From Eledone cirrhosa (Eukaryota), in NCBI GenBank assembly GCA_964016885.1, contig OZ024758.1, forward strand, positions 23,064,001 through 23,128,000: DNA of 64,000 bases. The letters are read 5' to 3'. Of the stretch, positions 15,354 through 29,833 are shown one piece after another. Below the pieces are notes generated by a model. The model saw nothing but the letters and a program-made list of their open reading frames with translations. It had not been told where the DNA came from and did no database searches. Position 1 is the stretch's first letter. Every line of letters begins with the position of its first letter. Both the position numbers and the translations under genes were made by a program.

Positions 15354-18300
15354 AGGCACATGGCTTAGTGGTTAGAGCGTTGGCCTTGCAAGCGAAAGGT
15401 TGTGAGTTCAATTCTCAGACCGGGTGATGTGTTGTTTCCTTGAGCAAGACACTTTATTTCACATTGCTCCAGTTTACTCAGCTGTAGAAATGAGATGATA
15501 GGGACCCCAGTCCCTATCATTCCACTGCAAAGTGGTCGTGGAGGTGCCACGGTAAAAAAAGCACCCAGCACTCACTGTAAATGAGGTTGGTGTTAGGAAG
15601 GGCATCCAGCTGTAGATATCAAGCCAGAATCAGTTCCCGTCCCACCCTTGCAAGCAGGGAAAAGTGGACGTAAAATGATGATGATGATATATATATATAC
15701 AACACGAATATATAAACCATGAATTTAAATTTTGAAAACCAAACAATGCGTTAGAAAGAACATTAAATCACCAAGATAATAAAAGAATCTTAAATTTGCT
15801 AAGGTAAGATTCTTTTATTATCTTGGCGATTTAATGTTCTTTCTAATGCATTGTGTGGTTTTCAAAATTTAATTTGTGTTTCCTATTCAATAATGCTTCA
15901 AGCAAGCTACAAAACTGTTATATATATATATATATATATATAATATGTTGATTTAAAACTGCACTATCCACAAGTGTTTTTTAGCCTTCATATCATGTTC
16001 TCCTGTTTTATCTGATGAAAACACAAATATTATTGCATGATGATGTTTGTTTTTGAAATTCGCATAATAAAATACATTTAACTCCTTTAACCATCTTTTG
16101 ATCTTATATTATATATATATATATATATATGATGATGATGATTTCTCACGAATGAAACAGTTCTCGTCCTGTAGAAGCTCTTCTATACTAAAACTATATA
16201 TATATATATCCACACACACACACATACACATATACATATACATATATACATATATACATATATATAGAGAGTCTGCAGTGCTGAGTGAGACTGAGGAGAC
16301 CACTTGGTTGATATATAGCATTTAGTGAGATCAAATCCTGGGGAGAATAGCTTTGCTTTTCAACCTAACAGGGGTCGATAAAATAAAGTACCAGTAATGC
16401 ACAGGGGTTGATTTAATCGACTTTCCCCTCCTCCCCTCAAAAAATTGTTGGTCTTGTACCTAAATTTGAAATTATATATAACATTTAGTTTAAAATATTT
16501 GTTCTTCAAACTAATTTATTGATTATATATTTCCACAGTTCCTTGAGAAGCTGCTTCAACAAACAAACAAGAAATCAATATGTCATAGTTTAAATTTCAC
16601 TGGTATTATAATGTATCCACCTCAATTTAATATATCGAAAATTGAGAAGTATGAAGCTGCATTCTGTAAACTAAACTGGACAAGTGTCGCTGAAAAGCTC
16701 TATAAATTTCCCAAAACAAGAAAAATAGTTATGGTTGTATGTATTCAATAATTCAATTTACATATTTTTTAAATTTTTTTTAAATTGCTGCTGTTATTGT
16801 TGTTTCTATTTTTACTATTGTTATTTATGTTTTTGTTGTTGTTATTATTGTTGTTGATGCAGGTTATGGTGATAATGTTTTTTGTATTGCATCAATGATA
16901 GCTCTCTGCCTGAGAAGAGTTTAGCCTGACCAGCCAAGCTCATGTCATGGATGTTATGCAACCATCTTGCTCAGAGTCTACTCCTGGATCTCTTACTTAC
17001 TGGTTTTGCCCATAAAATCTGTCCAGCAATTCTTTCCTGAGACATTCTAACCACATACCTGTAATATCGGAGGTTGTGATCTCTCAATTCGGAGAAGTAG
17101 TGGTTCTACCTGGAGTGACTCTCTGATCTCCGTGCTACAAATCTGTCCAGCAATTCTTTCCTGAGACATTCTAACCACATGCCCATAGTATCAGAGCTGT
17201 GATGTCTCAATTTGGAGAAGTAGCAGCTCTACCTGGAGTGACTCTGATATCTGAGCTACAAATCTGTCCAGCAATTCTTTCCTGAGACGTTCTAACCACA
17301 TGCCCATAGTATCGGAGCTGTGATCTCTCAATTTGGAGAAGTAGCAGCTCTATCTGGAGTGACTCTGATATCTGAGCTACAAATCTGTCCAGCAATTCTT
17401 TCCTGAGACGTTCTAACCACATGTCCATAGTATCGGAGCTGTGATCTTTAAATTCAGAGAAGTAGTGGCTCTACCTGGAGTGACTCTCTGATTTCTAAGC
17501 TACGCACTTTATCAAGTAACATTACTCCAAAGACCCTTCAGAGGAATCCAATTTCAGCCACTTGTATTCACGATTGTACCCCAAATTTCATGCTTTTATG
17601 TTTTCACAATAATGAAATAATGCGTTGTTTTGTTTTGTCTTTTTTCCCTTCTTATTTCAGATAAAGATGCTTTATGAAAATAACTATTCTGGTTTAAAGC
17701 TGAATCTGACAGAATTATCTACAAAAACTAAAACATTCATTAAACTTGCATCTAAATTTGGCAAATTGGATGATAGCTTTAGCCTGATAAAAATGTATCG
17801 TTTTGTATTTTTCGAGCAAATACATAACTTATCACGGATAGATATTTTAAAGAAAAATGACAGGTAAATATATAACAATAGCTGGTTAGTATGAGAGATC
17901 TGGAAAATTAGTCTATATACATACAATCATGCATGGATGTGTACACATATATACATACATTACATATATACATGCATACATGGTGGCTGCCAACTCGTTT
18001 TCAAGTACGGCCACTACTTTATATCCATATAGGAGAACCCCTACCGATGCGCTGAACGAGTGTGACATTTTAGTCCAGCCAGCGACTTGAAAACTCTGGT
18101 ACAAACACTACACTTGTGACAAATATTGACACATAGTGCTGGGCCCATGGTACCATGTGACGACAAGTGCAGAGAGATCTCCAGATATAAAGCAATGCCT
18201 GTGCCGTGAAGCTTTTATAGTGAGCAAAGGCACTGCACAAAGCCAGTCCCACTCTCTTAACCAAGATGATATTTACCAAAAAGAAGAACAAGTCAACATC

Positions 18301-19612
18301 ATTGGATACCATCAGGGTTGCAGGTGTTATATCAGAGTTTTCCTTCTCCTAGAATTCTGCCTTGACAAAGGCTAAGGGGTCATCTCATACATACATACAT
18401 ACATATATACATACATACATACATACATACATACATGGAGGTATGCATGCATACATACATGGATGTATACATACAAACATGCATGGATGCATGCATGCAT
18501 ACATATATACATGGATGCATACATACATATTCATATATACATACATATACATACATACATGCATACACACATACACGTGCACACATGCATGCATACATAT
18601 ACATACATATACACATACATACACACATACATATTTACATGCATACATATATACACACATATATACATATACATACATATACACATACATATATACATAC
18701 ATATACATACATACGCACACACATACATCACAAAAGAGATAGGGATGCAGGCATAACACCTAGATGTGATAACAAGTGCAGACTCTGCAGAACTAACATC
18801 AAAGATATCACTCATGTCATCAGCAGCTGTCCAAAGATGTCATCGCGGTACTATCTACCTATGAGGCATGATGTAGTGGCCAAAACACTGTGCAATGCAA
18901 TCCGTAAAAAAGATAGCCCCGATAATAAACACATTAAAAGCTACAGCAATGTGGAAGACATCCATGTACATAATATGAAAGAGTACTGGTGGAATGTTCC
19001 AGTAAAAACCCCAATAAAATGCAGGCATAACAGACCAGATATTATGATATGAGACAGGGAGAAGAAAGCATGCACAGTAGTGGAAATTAGCTGCCCAGCA
19101 GATGCCAATATAATATCAAAGATTAGCGAAAAGGAGAATATTTATGCAGAACTGATGAGAAATCTGCAGATACTCCACCCTGATTACACCTTCAGATTTA
19201 TGCCTGTGATTATTGGGGCACTGGGGTATGTTAGTAACTGCCTCAATACAAATCTTGAGAAGTTAGGCTTCACAGGAACAGAAAGAACACAACTAGTTAG
19301 GAAATTACAAGTACAATCCATTAATGGAACAGTAAAAATATGTAAAACATTCCAAACTTTTTGCATCTAATTACTGCATATAGACATGTACAGATACAAA
19401 GCATATGCATATGCACACATACAACTCAAAACATCCATATCCACACATACAATAACATCCATATCTACACATGTATGCATGAATACATATCTACCTAGTT
19501 GATGTTGTGTAAATTCCAATGAGAGAGTCTTGTGTCTATGTTAGAAACCAACTCTCTCTCTATTGGTAAAAATTTGTGAAATTATAAAACCAGAAGAACA
19601 TACCTATACTTA

Positions 19613-19670
<58 letters not shown>

Positions 19671-22600
19671 TACATATACTTACGTACACACACACACACA
19701 TACATACATATACTTACGTACACACACACATACATACATATACTTACGTACACACACACATACATACATATACTTACATACATACATACTTACACACATA
19801 CATATATACATACATACACACATACATATATACATACATACACACATACATATATACATATATACATACACATACATATATACATATATACATACACATA
19901 CATACGTGCATTAATTTAACTATTTTCTTCTCTTCATTCTTTTATCTCTCTCAGTGTTACTCACTTGTTTCTACTGATGTTCGAACTCGTTAACAACAGG
20001 ACAAATATTTATACTGGAGCAAGCAGTAAAAATATGCAAATTTTCAATCTTGTTATCAATTTTTCTAATATGCATATCAGAAATATACAACAAAGTAAGC
20101 TAAACAAATATTATTTTATTATTTATTTTAAATTAATTTATTTTAAGGGGCGGTGAATTGGCAGTATCGGTAGAGGGTCGGACATGCTTTCCAGCATAGT
20201 TACATTCCATTACAATCTGAGTTCAAATCCCGCCAAGGTTAACTTTGCCTTTCATCCTTACGGGGTTGTTAAAATAAAGTACCAGTAATGTACTGATGCT
20301 GACCTTGTGCCAAAAGTTGAAACAATTATTTATTTTAAATCAGTGTCTGATCAGATATTTATCTGATATTTATCTCAATCATTATTCTTGTTTCTATTAG
20401 GGGCGGTGGAGTGGCAGTATCAGTAGAGGGTTGGACACCATGCTTTGACACATAGAGTTACGGCCCTTGCCATTTTGAGTTCAAATCCCACCGAGGTTAA
20501 CTTTGCCTTTCATCCTTTACTGGGTCAATAAAATAAAGTACCACTAATCCACTGGGTAATTGCTGGCCTTATGCCAAAAGTAGAAACAATTATTCTTGTT
20601 TCTATCTCTATTTTATAAACTCTTATGCCCATACTGCAGTATTTATGTTACCTTGTAAAGTTTAGGGTAAACTATCATCAAACAATGATGGAATGATTGC
20701 TGCACAATATTGAATCGCTCTAGGTTCGGCAGCTTTTAACAAGAACAAGGAAGTACTAACATCAAGACGAGTTTCCTATCATTTGAAGGCTAACATCTTT
20801 GATACTTACATTCTACCAGTTGTGTTATATGGTCTTCACTGTGTTAATTGGATAACAAGGTCACTTCAGAAGCTCTCTACATTCCAGAACCACATCATGA
20901 AACTTATGACTGGCAAGCAGCTCAGTGATCGCATCTGTATCAGTGAGCTGCTCAACATTACCAAGTCAAGAGTACTCAAACTATACGGCCATATAAAAAG
21001 ATCAACTCATTGTGTGAGTAGGTTATGCCTGGAAGGAAGGTTGGCTGGTAAGAGAAGCAGAGGCCGGCAGCCAAAACGATGGTTTGATAATGTCAACTTA
21101 TGGACCTGTTCTTTGCTCTTTGAACTCTGCTGCTGGTGATCGAACTTTGTGGAGGGAGATATCATATGTTGATGCGCAGTCTGCAAATGGCAGAGTTTAA
21201 CGTCACAAGAAGATGACTTAACTTCTAAAAGCAAAGAAATACAGACATTTCTTCATCATTTTTGCCACCATATTGTTGATAATGAGGTGGCAAATTGGCA
21301 GAGTTGTTAGAACGTCAGATAGAATACTTTGTGGTGTTCATTCCAACTCTCGGCTCTGAGTTTAAATCCTGCCAAGGTCAACTTTGCCTTTCATCCATTT
21401 GAGGTTGATTAAAAAAGTACCAGTTGAATACTAAGGTAGATTCTTCCTCTATATCTCTTTCTCATTTCGATACACTGTAAATGTGGTTGGTGTGAGGAAG
21501 GGCATCCAACTGTAAAAACCCTGGCCAAATTTACAGTCTCATCAGATCAAGGTACAGAGTGGCCAATCCTGGCCAGACTTGCCTCTAGACACAGACAACC
21601 CATCGGACCCATGCAAGCATGGAAAAATAGACGTTAAACGGTGATGATGATGATTCTCTCACTCTGGATCCTTCTCTGGAAGAAATCTACTGTACCCACT
21701 GTATGTCAAGAGTTACACTGTTAAGTGGTCGTGTAGGTGTCACAACAAAAAGTAACAAGTCCACACTGTAAAGTGGTCATATAGACATCACAATAAAAAG
21801 CACTCAGTCCATTATTGTAAAGTGGTCATGTAGGTGTCACAACAAAAAAAAACACCAAGTCCACACTGTAAAATGGTCGTGTAGGTGTCATAACAAAAAA
21901 CACCAAGTCCACACTGTAAAATGGTCGTGTAGGTGTCATAACAAAAAACACCAAGTCTACACTGTAAAATGGTCGTGTAGGTGTCATAACAAAAAACACC
22001 CAGTCTATACTGTAAAGTGGTCATGTAGGTGTCAACAAAAGGCACCCATTCCACACTGTAAACATGGCTGGCATTAGGAAGGACATCCAGCTGTAGAAAC
22101 CAAGCCAAAATCAGCCCTGTATGAGCAAGAAATGACATCTGACCTAGCTTGTCTCACAATGGGACAACTCATCTAACCCATGCTAATGTGAAAATTGGAC
22201 GTTAAGTGGTGGTGATTGTGGTGATGATGATTACTGATAGAAATTGCTTCTGGAAATGAGTAAAACTTTTGCATAATATGGGAAATGTAAATACAATAGT
22301 TACACCATTTAATAAATTTATTTTTTAACATTTTAGATCAAAGAAACTTCTACTTAATGGATTATGTTAACTCCCCTGAGCTTTTGAAAATGTTCTCAAC
22401 ATTAAAATTTTCTGAAAAATTATTCAATGCATTATATGGATGGCTGCAAAATTTTATTGAAAATCCACAGAAAATGGTAAATATGTATCTTTTATTATTC
22501 CTTAGTAAGACGATGGGCAGTAAATTTAGTTGTATTAAGGGCTCCCAGAAAAAAGGATCTGGATACTTTTGTTGTATTATATATATATGTGTATATATAT

Positions 22601-23182
22601 ATATATATATAACAGAGTAAAGGGCTCATGTATAATCCTGTAATTTATTGAGCTCAAAGGAAAGAGTTTTTCTGGGCACTTTAAAGTGCCCAGGAAAACT
22701 CTTTCCTTTGAGCTCATTAAATTACAGGATTATACACGAGTCCTTTGCTCTGTTATTTTACTTGATATTTGTTCCTTGCGTCTTCTCTCTGTTGTCGAGC
22801 ACGATAAATTGAATAGTATAGGCTGCCATCTCTAGTGGCTTGTTCTGTTTATACCATTGGTCACTGCCTCGGGCACGTATTTCACTCTATTCACACGTGC
22901 TACATACAGATCAGTTACTATAGTCATCTTTAGTAGTGGGAACAATATCAGCTTGAGCACTTGCTGATGATCCGAGAGCTGAGTTTGAACCCACATATAA
23001 GGTGAAACAATCTCTTAGTGAGTCTGTACAAGTGCGATTTAGTTATGAGGTAGGTTTTTCATTTTAATTTATACTTTTGATTATTATCTTTCTCCTATAC
23101 CTCTCTTAGCTTATAGTCTCTTCACACTGGTGGTTAAAATCCTGTAAATGAAAACACACTCTCCTGTGTTTTCCCTCTCTAT

Positions 23183-23222
<40 letters not shown>

Positions 23223-23378
23223 TAATGATAATGATAATGATACAAGGATGAATTACTCCTTCATTACGGTTATTGGTTGGTGACACGTGTTTCACTATTG
23301 ATCAGCTCAAGGTTCGATCTGTATCGATCTAGCCCGACTCCGGCATACCACCTATGGAAGCATCTTAGCTACCATCCG

Positions 23379-23413
<35 letters not shown>

Positions 23414-23992
23414 AATCCGAAATATAGGGACAATTAAATCTCTCCCAAGGTAACTCTATCTCGTGTTATTATTTTTTATTTTTACGCTCTTTCCTACGTT
23501 CCTCTACACACTATACATCTCATTCTACATTTCCTCTTACATCTCTCTCTTCACCACCGGATTCTGTTACCCAGAGATTTACTCATCTGCATTGTTGAGG
23601 CCTCCAAAACGACCAAATTTTTTATTATTCCCCAATGCTTCAAGCAAACTTCAATACTCTCATATATATATATATAAGTAGTTCCACAAAAGTTAGTTCT
23701 CCATTACCGAGAACAATTATTTCACCTTATTCAGCTCAGTGAAACAATTGTTCTCAGTAATGGTGAACTAACTTTTGTGGAACTACTTCTACCAAACTCA
23801 TTCCATGGACTCAGTGCTATACTACTATGGATATAACTCACCAGTGTTCTACTATTATATATATATAATAGGCTTCTTTGGTTTATTTTCATAATTCTTC
23901 GGCTCTGTTTAATTACATAGAGCTATACCTTTACTGTCATTTCTATAATACGAAGAGGGTGTTTAACTCCAACACACTCTAGTATTTCAATT

Positions 23993-24043
<51 letters not shown>

Positions 24044-24245
24044 ATACTTGGGGAGGGTCATATTTGTGTAATAATATTGCCAGAATTAATAACAGAACAC
24101 ACTCACTGTTTGGTTGGTTTTCGCTTCTGTGTCTTTTATATCGGTTAATTTAATTTATTCGGTCCTCAATGTTACCATTGACTGACCAACGGTCAAAAAT
24201 ACAGAAATTTCATATCAAAAACCTCGCAAAACTAATTCATCGCCG

Positions 24246-24281
<36 letters not shown>

Positions 24282-25864
24282 GAAAAAGATTCAGGACCCT
24301 GACGGCTGAGCTCCGACAGTTAGATCTGGAGCTCAGCTGTTGGGGTACTGAATCTTTTCATATTACCCACTCTACTACTCCAAGTATTGAGTACTCTGGT
24401 GCGTTATGGTCCACCTGGTTTTTACCACACCCTATCTGATATATATATATATATATATATTTTCAAATCACACTGAAGTTAGCTTGGCCTTTCATCTTTA
24501 TGGGGTTGATAAAATAAAGTACCAGTAATGCACTGGGGTCAATTTAATCAACTTTTGCCTCCCCAAAAATTGTTGGCCTTGTTCCTAACATAGAAACAAT
24601 TATTATTAATGTGTTTAAATCTTATATTGCCATTTATTGTCATTTGCAAACTACATATCTATATGTAAGGGTGAAAGCAGCGATTCTTTGCTTAAACTTT
24701 AATCTGTTATTTTAATAAATATATATTTGGGGTGGTGCCCCAGCATGGCCTCAGCTGGATGGCTGGAACAGGTAAAAGAGTAATATATATATATATATAT
24801 ATATATGGAGGCACATGGATTAATGGAGCATTGGCCTTGCAATCGAAAGGTTGTGAGTTCAATTCTCAGACCGGGTGATGTGTTGTTTCCTTGAGCAAGA
24901 CACTTTATTTCACATTGCTCCAGTTTACTCAGCTGTAGAAATGACATGATAGGACTGGGGTCCCTATCATTCCACTGCAAAGTGGTCGTGGAGGTGCCAC
25001 ACCAAAAAAGCACCCAGCCCACACTGTAAAGTGGACGTGTAGGCACCACGGAAAAAAAGCACCCAGCACTACTGTATAATGAGGTTGGTGTTATGAAGGG
25101 CATCCAGCTGTAGAAATCGAGCCAGAATCAGTTCCCATCCCACCCTTGCAAGCAGGGAAAAGCGGACATAAAAATGAAAAAAAAATGAGATATAGATATA
25201 GATATATATAGATAGATAGATATATAAACGAAATTGTCTGTCTGTATGCAGTCAATGCATTTCCACAGTTTCCATCCGATTTTGTTCAAATTTGATACAT
25301 TGGTTATTTAGCTCCCGGAGCATGTCAACATATAAATCTCTTCCCTACAATAGCAGAGTTCTGGGGCCATTTAAAGACGGCCAAGTTGATATGAGAGGGT
25401 TTTTTTTTAATTTACAGTGGTGAAAGGTGTGCTCAACAACAATGGGCTTTTTGCTTGTTGTCAATATTTCAAATTAATTCTTCATTTCTAGGTCAAATTT
25501 TGGTTCAACAATTTGGATCATATATGTGATAGGAAATTTTTGTTGAGCCTGCCTATCTCAACAGACTCTGTGATTCATGAATCTGTATGTGAGGAACTAT
25601 TTTCACGGATCAATAATACAAAACTTAATGAAGAACTCCGAAACAGTTTAGCAGGGTATGATGAACTCAGTTATAAAGTAAGGATAATGTTTCTCTTTCA
25701 ATTATAATTTATTTTTTTTGCTTGTTTGTGTCTCTCATAGTTTAAATCAGAGGTTCTCAAAGTGACCGTTACTGTTCCGCCAGGGAGCGTTGAGAAAGTC
25801 CAATGGGGTACTCCAGCCTGGTGGGTGGTGGTAGAGATGATATAATAGTTTATTAAATATCAAA

Positions 25865-25907
<43 letters not shown>

Positions 25908-28900
25908 TTTGAAATAAAAAATATATATTTATTTATACATGGTATTTATTATATTATTTATTATTTATAAACGATTTTATTTATTATATATTATCTACAA
26001 TTTGTGACAGGCAGGTCTATCTGGAAATAGGGCTGAGGGGCACTGAGGGTATTATGGCGCCGTGAGGGGGGGGGGGGGCAAAAAGTTTGAGAACCTCTGG
26101 TTTAAATGATCTTTTAATCAAATTGAATTATATATTATGATTATTATTATTGGCAGTATCAGTAGAGCGTTGGACAACATGCTTTGTGGCATAGAGTTAC
26201 GACTCTTTACATTCTAAATTGAAATCCCACCAAGGTTAACTTTGCCTTTCATCCTTACAAAGTTGATAAAATAAAGTACCAGTAATACACTGGTGTCGAG
26301 TTGGTCGACTTTCCCTTCCCTTACAAATTACTGGCATTGCGCCTAAAGTAGAAACAATTATTATTATTATCCAATCCTGCCGAAGTTAGCTTTGTCTTTC
26401 CTCCTTACAAGTACCAGTAATGCACTTGTGCCTAAATCAGAAATCATTATTATATATATATTTGGAGGCACATGGCTTAGTTGTTAGAGCATTGGGCTTG
26501 CAATCGAAAGGTAGTGAGTTTAATTCTCAGAGCGGGTGATGTGTTGTTTCCTTGAGCAAGACACTTTATTTCACATTGCTCCAGTTTACTCAGCTGTAGA
26601 AATGAGATGATAGGGACTGGGGTCCCTATCATTCCATTGCAAAGTGGTCGTGGAGGTGCCACAGCAAAAAAGCACCCAGCAAAAAAGCACTGTAAATGAG
26701 GTTTGTGTTAGGAAGGGCATCCAGCTGTAGAAATCAAGCCAGAATCAGTTCCCATCCCACCCTTACAAGCAGGGAAAAGCGGACGTAAAAATGATGATGA
26801 TGATATTATAACCAAATTTTCAACACAGTTGCGTGTTACCTAAGGTTTCAAAGCCTGCTCTAGTATAGGTCTTAGAGATGGTATATCTGCTGTTGTTGCT
26901 TATCTTTCAGGCAATACCAATACTGAGTAGCATCATAATCATTATCTTTTAATTTCCATTTTCATGTTTATACAAGTATGGTCCATCAAGTCTCCTATCT
27001 ATCAAGGCTAATATCATTAAATTTAATGCAAACATATCTGTCAGGGCTAATATCGTGAAATTTAATGGCTAAACAACCTTTCTCTTATCTGTCAGGGCTA
27101 ATATCGTGAAATTTAATGGCTAAACAACCTTCCTCTTATCTGCCAGGGCTAATATCGTGAAATTTAATGGCTAACCAACCTATCTAACATTACTGTTCTT
27201 TTACACTTTTCTTTTTCTTTTTAGTTGAGTAAAATAATAAGGAATGACTCCTCCATAAAGGTAAATAATGATGACGACCCTGGCAAGCAAGTCTATATAC
27301 TTACTGTAAGATTAATGATACTCATACAAAGGCCACCATATATATACTTGACTTCAAGCAGTCTAAATTCAACAAACATGAATTTGAAAGACATGTTCAA
27401 TACATTAATGGAAAAGGTTACCAATGAAATATTCCGTCAGAACTTTGAGTAAGCTCTTTCACTTTACATTTATTATCTTCTTTTCTAGTTCTTTTTTATT
27501 CTTTTTTTCTTTTCCTCTACTCTACTTAATCTCAACTCTCCGTTTCTTCACCTGAGTTCCTTATCTGAATATTTACATCCCATCATCTCTTTTGTCTGGT
27601 CATTTTCATGCTTCAGCACCTGTACAAGAGCATCATGCTGTTGACAGTGCTTTATGTGAGCGAAAACTGGAGGAGCATGGCAAAGATAGAGAGACAGCTG
27701 AACACATTCCACCAGCAATGCCTGCAAGGGATCCTTCATGCATCCTGGCATGACTGAGTGTGAAATGAGAAATTCCTGCAGAGAGCCGAGTCGTGGATGC
27801 TGCAGAGAATGGTCACAGAGCGCTGGTGCCACCTGGCTGGCTATATTCTGCGCCTGCCTAATGAACGACACTCGAAAACTGTGATGAACTGGACTCTACC
27901 TGGTGGCAAACAAGCAGGAGGGTTGCCCTAGGACCACCTGGCGATGAACATTCCCAAAAGACCTGATGGCAACCAACATCACTTAGAATGGATGCAAAAA
28001 AGCTGCCGCTGATCGTGATCATTAGCGAGTACTTACTTCTCGATGCGCTGAAAAGCACAGAAGAACCTAAGACTAAGATCTCTTTTTCTCTTTTATAGAA
28101 AATTTCCCAATCAATTTTCTTTCTGGCTCCAGTAACTCTATCTATTTCATTCAAAATTTATAACTCTTCATGTAGTTCAGTTTTTATGTTTGACCTAGTG
28201 TTCACATTTATCTTATGTTACTTACAGCCTGGAAACGGTACAGCAAAGTATTGTGCCACTTTTGGAAAAACAGCTGCAACCTCTGATAGCTGAAAATCCT
28301 GTGATGTTTAATATGATGATGGGTAGTGTTGGTGGAGTCTTAAAAAAACTTGATGACTCTTTACCAGATATGAAAAATGGTAAGATATAATACAATATAA
28401 AACAATATAAAACATAAAACAGTATAAAACAATATAAAACAGTCTAAAACAGTATAAAACAATATAAAACAATGTAAAACATTATAAAACTGTGTAAAAC
28501 AATATAAAACAATATAAAACAATATAAAACATTATAAAACTGTATAAAACTATAAAACAGTATAAAACATAAAATAGTATAAAACATTATAAAACAGTAT
28601 AAAACAATATAAAATAATATTAAAATATTACTTTTACAAACTTATTTTTTAATTTTTTGCAGACAAAAAAATAGATTTTGAAGAAATGTTTGGAAAAGAT
28701 TCTCAAATGTTGAGAATGTACAAGAACATGGAAGATTTACCATATGTGGCATCATCTGTAATGTTTAATATTCTGACCAACACTGACCAGGTAGGTGTCC
28801 TATATACAAAATAGTTGTAAAGGGAAATCACTTAATCATAAGTTCTAATATTACAACAGCAATTGTTATTATGCATACTATTAGGGTGGTGGGTTGGCAG

Positions 28901-29801
28901 GAATCAGTAGAGCGCTGGACGCCATGCTTTGCAGCCCTTTACGTTCTGATTTCAAATCCCACCAAAGTTAGCTTTGCCTTTGATCCTTACAGAGTCGATA
29001 AAATAAAGTACCAGTAATGCACTGGGGTTGATTTAATCGACTTTCCCCTCCCCCAAAATTGCTGGCCTTGTGCTTAAATCAGAAACGAATATATTTATAT
29101 AGAATATGGCAGTGGATTGATGGTATCGGTAGAGCATTGGACACCCTGCTTTGTGGCATAGTTACTTCCCTTTACATTCTGAGTTCAAATCCTGACAAGT
29201 TTAGCTTTGCCTTTCATCCTTTCGAGGTCGATAAAAAAAATAGTACCAGTTTAGTACTGGGGTTGATTCTTCATCTCTCTGGAAGAAATCTGCCATACTC
29301 AGGCTTGGAGAGAGGTGGGTTCTGCCAGGCTTGAAATACCCAAGAAACACATGTCAATACGGTGCCCCTCGACTCTTATCAGGAGTTGTGGAACCATACA
29401 TACATATGTATATATATAAGGATTAAAATACTGGAGCGTGTTGGAGTTAAACACCCTCTTCGTATTATAGAAATGACAGTAAAATTTCTTTAGTCGAAAA
29501 ATATGGTGAAATCTTATTTCTAATTTCAAACTCGTTCACAGTTTCAAAACAAACTTACTAATATATATATATATATATATAAATAAAGAATGAATAATAA
29601 CAGGTAGACATCATAAAAAGGTAGTTTATTCCGTGTGCTTACAAGTGTTTCCACGGTATATACACTCCGGAATACTGAAGGATCAGGAACTAAGTTTCTT
29701 GAACAATTCTTCCATAACTCGTAGAGTAACCTCTTACCGTACGTCAACCATATCCAGTGTAGCAATTAACCATCACTACATCTTGGATAATCCTATACCT
29801 A

Positions 29802-29833
<32 letters not shown>

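Noticed and set aside
23275-23375. Hammerhead candidates on the - strand with GAAACACGTGTC (also about 29635-29765)
   Set aside because: 3' half is present but there is no convincing CTGANGA core with stem II.
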